Source of the DNA: a virus
Length of the DNA stretch: 46,477 nucleotides
Direction: 5' to 3' (one strand)
Virus record (IMG/VR): IMGVR_UViG_3300045988_130925
Location: 1 to 46,477 of that record
Shown: positions 43,754 to 46,477 of the stretch, one piece after another
Position numbering within the stretch: position 1 is the first letter of the stretch
Layout: each line of letters begins with the position of its first letter
The notes under the pieces: generated by a model
Databases searched by the model: none
Told to the model about the DNA's origin: nothing
The model's input: the letters and a program-made list of their open reading frames with translations, nothing else
Made by a program: the position numbers and the translations under genes

Positions 43754-43858
43754 ATACAGGAACCCTCTGAAATATGTCTCTCACAATTCATATTTTAGAT
43801 TATTCTCTATGTAATGTCAAGCTATATCTCTAAAAATATACAGATTGGAGGTGGATAA

Positions 43859-44056
43859 ATGGTTCTACGGAACATAGAAGATTTGTGCAATAAAAAAGGA
43901 GTATCAATAGCTCGCCTGGAAGCTGATAGTGGTATTGGAAATGGAACTATCAAGCGTTGGGAAAAATCAACGCCAACGCTGAGAAGTCTCCAGAAGATCG
44001 CAACTTACTTCGGAGTCGGCATCGAAGCTCTTTTAGAGGACGAGGAGGAGAAGTGA
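43859..44056 (+). CDS. Cro-like XRE-family HTH regulator
   Basis: GGAGGTGGATAA RBS, then ATG. VSIARLEADSGIGNGTIKRWEKS. Confidence 0.8.
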   Translation: MVLRNIEDLCNKKGVSIARLEADSGIGNGTIKRWEKSTPTLRSLQKIATYFGVGIEALLEDEEEK

Positions 44057-44064
44057 GAAAAGAA
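44047..44064 (+). repeat. 18-bp direct repeat GGAGAAGTGAGAAAAGAA, copy 1
   Basis: Identical to 44567-44584. Confidence 0.9.
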
Positions 44065-44122
44065 ATCAAGAAGTTTCTTCACTGGTATTTTTTTGAACCA
44101 CGAAAGACTTTGTTGGAGTGGT

Positions 44123-44476
44123 TTATGAAAAAATTCCCAAATACTCCAGTATATGCACCAGTAGCAGCTTTGCTGTTGATAATGCTTCGCCCAGAAGTGG
44201 AAACTTGTATACATCGTATCCAGCAAATAGTGCAACAACTGATATTGCTGTTGGGATTATGAATCTCATTCTTTCTTTGCGTTTGATGCGAAAGTACATT
44301 TTCCCAAATCTGTTCACGGAGTATCTGCCGTGATTCCGGTCAACCAGACCGATGCGGAAAAGATGGTCAAGTGTGCAGGAATTGAAGAAACGATCAGATT
44401 TTAAAATCAGCAGTAGCCGCATGGTTGCTTTTTCTGTGAAAGACAGCTCAATGTTTGAGAAATCAATGTTATTCAT
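44123..44476 (-). CDS. hypothetical protein: soluble N-terminal domain plus C-terminal TM (paralog of 44855-45217)
   Basis: AAAGGAGATACACC RBS, then ATG. ...GKMYFRIKRKERMRFIIPTAISVVALFAGY. Confidence 0.6.
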   Translation of the reverse strand: MNNIDFSNIELSFTEKATMRLLLILKSDRFFNSCTLDHLFRIGLVDRNHGRYSVNRFGKMYFRIKRKERMRFIIPTAISVVALFAGYDVYKFPLLGEALSTAKLLLVHILEYLGIFS

Positions 44477-44523
44477 GGTGTATCTCCTTTCTCCAGACTT
44501 GGCATGGTGGTGCCTGTGTTTAA

Positions 44524-44552
44524 AGAATAGGAGTAATCATTGGAAAAGTCAA
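44524..44552 (-). promoter_or_regulatory. candidate promoter TTGACT-17 nt-TATTCT for 44123-44476
   Basis: Read on the minus strand, about 45 nt upstream of the RBS. Confidence 0.4.
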
Positions 44553-44566
44553 CAGGAGGTGATTGG

Positions 44567-44584
44567 GGAGAAGTGAGAAAAGAA
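44567..44584 (+). repeat. 18-bp direct repeat, copy 2
   Basis: Identical to 44047-44064; contains the GTG start of the next gene. Confidence 0.9.
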
Positions 44585-44767
44585 GACGAAACCTATCTAT
44601 TTGATTACATCCGGCATTTGCAGAATCAAGTGAATCAGCTGACCATAGCGTTGCTGACCGGGAACAAAGATAGGTTGGAGTATCCAAAGGCTGTTGAGGT
44701 TCAGCCGGGAGAAAGGATTCCTGTAGGGCATCTGGCAGATGAATTACTGAACTTTCAAATTAAATAA
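44573..44767 (+). CDS. hypothetical early protein
   Basis: GTG 44573 after AGGAGGTGATTGGGGAGAA; VRKEDETYLFDYIRHLQNQ... Confidence 0.5.
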   Translation: MRKEDETYLFDYIRHLQNQVNQLTIALLTGNKDRLEYPKAVEVQPGERIPVGHLADELLNFQIK

Positions 44768-44800
44768 CCACTGGTTTTTATGAATAATAACCACTGGTTT
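44764..44800. promoter_or_regulatory. two copies of the palindromic element ATAACCACTGGTTT (44764-44777, 44787-44800)
   Basis: AACCA-C-TGGTT palindrome read directly. A third copy lies at 45264-45279. Confidence 0.6.
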
Positions 44801-44854
44801 CAAAAGTGAGAAAGGGGTGAAACAAAACGAAAAAACATCCTAAATTTGAGTATA

Positions 44855-45217
44855 TTATCCCTGCGGTAGTAGCCAGTGTTGTAACAGTTTTAATCCGAGT
44901 ATTAATAGGTTTGTGATTATGGACACAACAACAGGGATAAATACATCCTTGAAAAGCAGTTTTGTAAATTCATGTTTTCTTTCTGCTATGTAAGATTTTC
45001 CCTGTTCTGTAATTTTTACAGAAATCGGTTCGCCATACCGATACGAAACTTTTTCGCCGCTGAAATGTGGGAAAGATTCGCGGGAAATGCTGATAAAATG
45101 CTCATTGCACAGAAACTCAGAAATGATTTTTTCTTGATTTGATAAGGATGAATAACTCATTTCTTCACATGAGCAGATGCGTTTTAACAAGCAGAATTGT
45201 TCTTTATTCAGGTACAT
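44855..45217 (-). CDS. hypothetical protein: soluble N-terminal domain plus C-terminal TM (paralog of 44123-44476)
   Basis: AAAGGAGAGATATTT RBS, then ATG 45217. ...GKSYIAERKHEFTKLLFKDVFIPVVVSIITNLLILGL. Confidence 0.6.
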   Translation of the reverse strand: MYLNKEQFCLLKRICSCEEMSYSSLSNQEKIISEFLCNEHFISISRESFPHFSGEKVSYRYGEPISVKITEQGKSYIAERKHEFTKLLFKDVFIPVVVSIITNLLILGLKLLQHWLLPQG

Positions 45218-45263
45218 AAATATCTCTCCTTTTATAAGGAGTATAACATTACTTTTTAAAAAC

Positions 45264-45279
45264 ATAAACCACTGGTTTT
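45264..45279. promoter_or_regulatory. third copy of the palindrome (ATAAACCACTGGTTTT), overlaps the -35 region of the leftward gene
   Basis: Read directly. A TATACT -10-like hexamer lies 17 nt from TTTATG on the minus strand. Confidence 0.5.
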
Positions 45280-45294
45280 AAATCTGAAAACCTA

Positions 45295-45336
45295 ATGTAA
45301 ATGTAAATGTTAATGTAAATGATAATGTAAATGTAA
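45295..45336. repeat. hexanucleotide tandem repeat (ATGTAA)x7 with two variants (ATGTTA, ATGATA)
   Basis: Read directly. Confidence 0.95.
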
Positions 45337-45503
45337 ATATATAAAACCATTTGCCCGGAGCTAACGCGGTTACTCCGGCCCGTAAGTAGGCGCAACGTGG
45401 TAAACACATCAGAATAGCGTGGTACAGGAGATACGCACGACTTAGCTGTTTACGCACAAGATTGGATGCTTACAGGATTTTTGTTTACCAGAGCGGAGGT
45501 CTT

Positions 45504-45737
45504 ATGCTGAGAAAAAAGACATACGCTGACGAAAAAGGGGAGAATGTCCAGATACTCCTTGATGTTATTAAAGCCCGCAAGCGTTTGGACGATCAGCGTA
45601 TGGCGAAGATGGCGGGTATGAATCTGGCAACGTATCGGCTGCGGAAAAAGGACCCCGGCTCGATGCGGTTAAAGGAACTGTGGCCGTTGCTAAAGGCCGC
45701 AGGGATAACGGACGAAGAGAAGTCCAAGTTGATTTAA
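45504..45737 (+). CDS. small HTH-like regulator
   Basis: GCGGAGGTCTT RBS, then ATG 45504. MAKMAGMNLATYRLRKKDPGS. Confidence 0.5.
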   Translation: MLRKKTYADEKGENVQILLDVIKARKRLDDQRMAKMAGMNLATYRLRKKDPGSMRLKELWPLLKAAGITDEEKSKLI

Positions 45738-45755
45738 CTCAATTTAATTCGTTTT

Positions 45756-45780
45756 TAACTCAATTCCGAGTTGAGTTAAG
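45756..45780. promoter_or_regulatory. hairpin/palindrome TTAACTCAA-7 nt-TTGAGTTAA; AACTCAA also occurs at 45737-45743 and 45788-45794
   Basis: Read directly. Confidence 0.4.
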
Positions 45781-45806
45781 GCGGGAAAACTCAACGGAGG
45801 TGTGGA

Positions 45807-45929
45807 ATGACATTATTTGGAGCCGGATTTATTAGCGGCGGTTTTGTGGTTTTTGTGGCTATGTGCGTAGCAACACTGAGAGCCAACGATAAGAAAGAGA
45901 CAGAGGAGAAAAACGATGTGCAGATTTAA
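45807..45929 (+). CDS. small membrane protein (40 aa)
   Basis: ACGGAGGTGTGGA RBS, then ATG. FGAGFISGGFVVFVAMCVA hydrophobic stretch. Confidence 0.4.
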   Translation: MTLFGAGFISGGFVVFVAMCVATLRANDKKETEEKNDVQI

Positions 45930-46477
45930 GAGCGGCATTATCTTGAAAAACAAGGTAGTTGTGGCACCTGGCGAGAACGACAGCCATTCGGACTTACTGG
46001 AGAGCCTGGGAATCAATGATGATTACTTTGGAGCAACGAATGTGTTTGTGAGAGCCGAGCTAGTTCCGGCCAATGATGAGTGGTGGATTGACCCGTCAGA
46101 AGAACCGGACAAATGGCGGTTTGTTGTAGATCAGGACATGAGACCGGAGTGGTTTGACGAGAGTGAGCATGAGAAGATCTTCCGTGAAGCTGTATGCGGC
46201 TGGTGGAAAGAGCATGTGTTGGTGGATCAGAAACTGGAAAAGCTTTCAAGCGGATACTATCGTCTTAAGCGCTGTGAGGTTAAAGCACTGCTGAACGATG
46301 TAAAGGTACTGTTAGACAGCTCACAGGTCGGCAAGATGTGGGACAGCTCACAGGTCGGCGAGATGTGGGACAGCTCACAGGTCGGCGAGATGTTTGGCAG
46401 CTCACAGGTCGGCGAGATGTTTGACAGCTCACAGGTCGGCGAGATGTTTGGCAGCTCACAGGTCGGCGAGATGTTTG
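45916..46477 (+). CDS. N-terminal part of the nonapeptide-repeat protein (open at the window end, continues at 2-301)
   Basis: ATG 45916 overlaps the previous gene. 133-aa unique domain followed by [D/G]SSQVGEM[F/W] repeats. No stop before the window end. Confidence 0.65.
   Translation, partial: MCRFKSGIILKNKVVVAPGENDSHSDLLESLGINDDYFGATNVFVRAELVPANDEWWIDPSEEPDKWRFVVDQDMRPEWFDESEHEKIFREAVCGWWKEHVLVDQKLEKLSSGYYRLKRCEVKALLNDVKVLLDSSQVGKMWDSSQVGEMWDSSQVGEMFGSSQVGEMFDSSQVGEMFGSSQVGEMF
46315..46477 (+). repeat. 27-bp coding tandem repeat, 6 units
   Basis: Same unit as 1-193. Confidence 0.95.

Noticed and set aside
43957-44262. Plus-strand ORF (or its GTG 44053 version) after cro
   Set aside because: It overlaps the minus-strand gene 44123-44476, which has a much better RBS and a paralog. 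Its start lies in copy 1 of the 18-bp duplication, so it is probably a by-product of the insertion.
1-46477. Known defence or diversity systems (CRISPR-Cas, RM pair, retron or DGR reverse transcriptase, toxin-antitoxin pair, Abi ATPases)
   Set aside because: I found no reverse transcriptase, Cas, large ATPase or nuclease, or template/variable repeat pair in any frame of the ORF track. Absence cannot be proven without profile searches.

Overview
The window reads as a complete, circularly closed temperate siphovirus-type phage or prophage genome of about 46.4 kb. The host is probably a Firmicutes/Clostridia-like bacterium; this is inferred from choline-binding-type wall repeats, an IS256 element and SD-type ribosome binding sites. 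Nt 1-32 are identical to nt 46446-46477, and one gene (45916 to 301) runs across the junction inside a 27-bp coding tandem repeat.

Gene order:
- Early and recombination genes, 0.3-8.3 kb: Rad52-type annealase, NinB-like protein, Hjc-like resolvase, many small Zn-ribbon ORFs.
- Orphan C5 cytosine methyltransferase, 8.3-9.8 kb.
- Packaging and head genes: small and large terminase, portal, MuF/gp7, then scaffold and major capsid protein.
- Head-tail connectors, major tail protein, chaperone pair, tape measure, tail tip and fibre genes, up to 38.4 kb.
- AT-rich moron region, attP-like site, tyrosine integrase.
- Leftward lysogeny operon (XRE repressor, ImmA protease, membrane proteins).
- Cro-like switch and small early cassettes.

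The head module is interrupted twice. At 13.7-16.2 kb sit a wall hydrolase and a fibre-like gene. At 18.45-24.5 kb sit an intact IS256-family element with an 8-bp target duplication, a leftward AP2/RHH regulator operon, a rightward five-gene cassette of unusual low-complexity, Cys-rich and BclA-C-like proteins, and a tRNA-Met.

The signal I rate highest is a Mu-G-segment-like invertible tail-fibre C-terminus at 38089-38723. It has a perfect in-frame 13-bp inverted repeat and no adjacent invertase gene.

All functional calls rest on motifs I recognise by eye and on gene order. No database search was possible, so family names are provisional.
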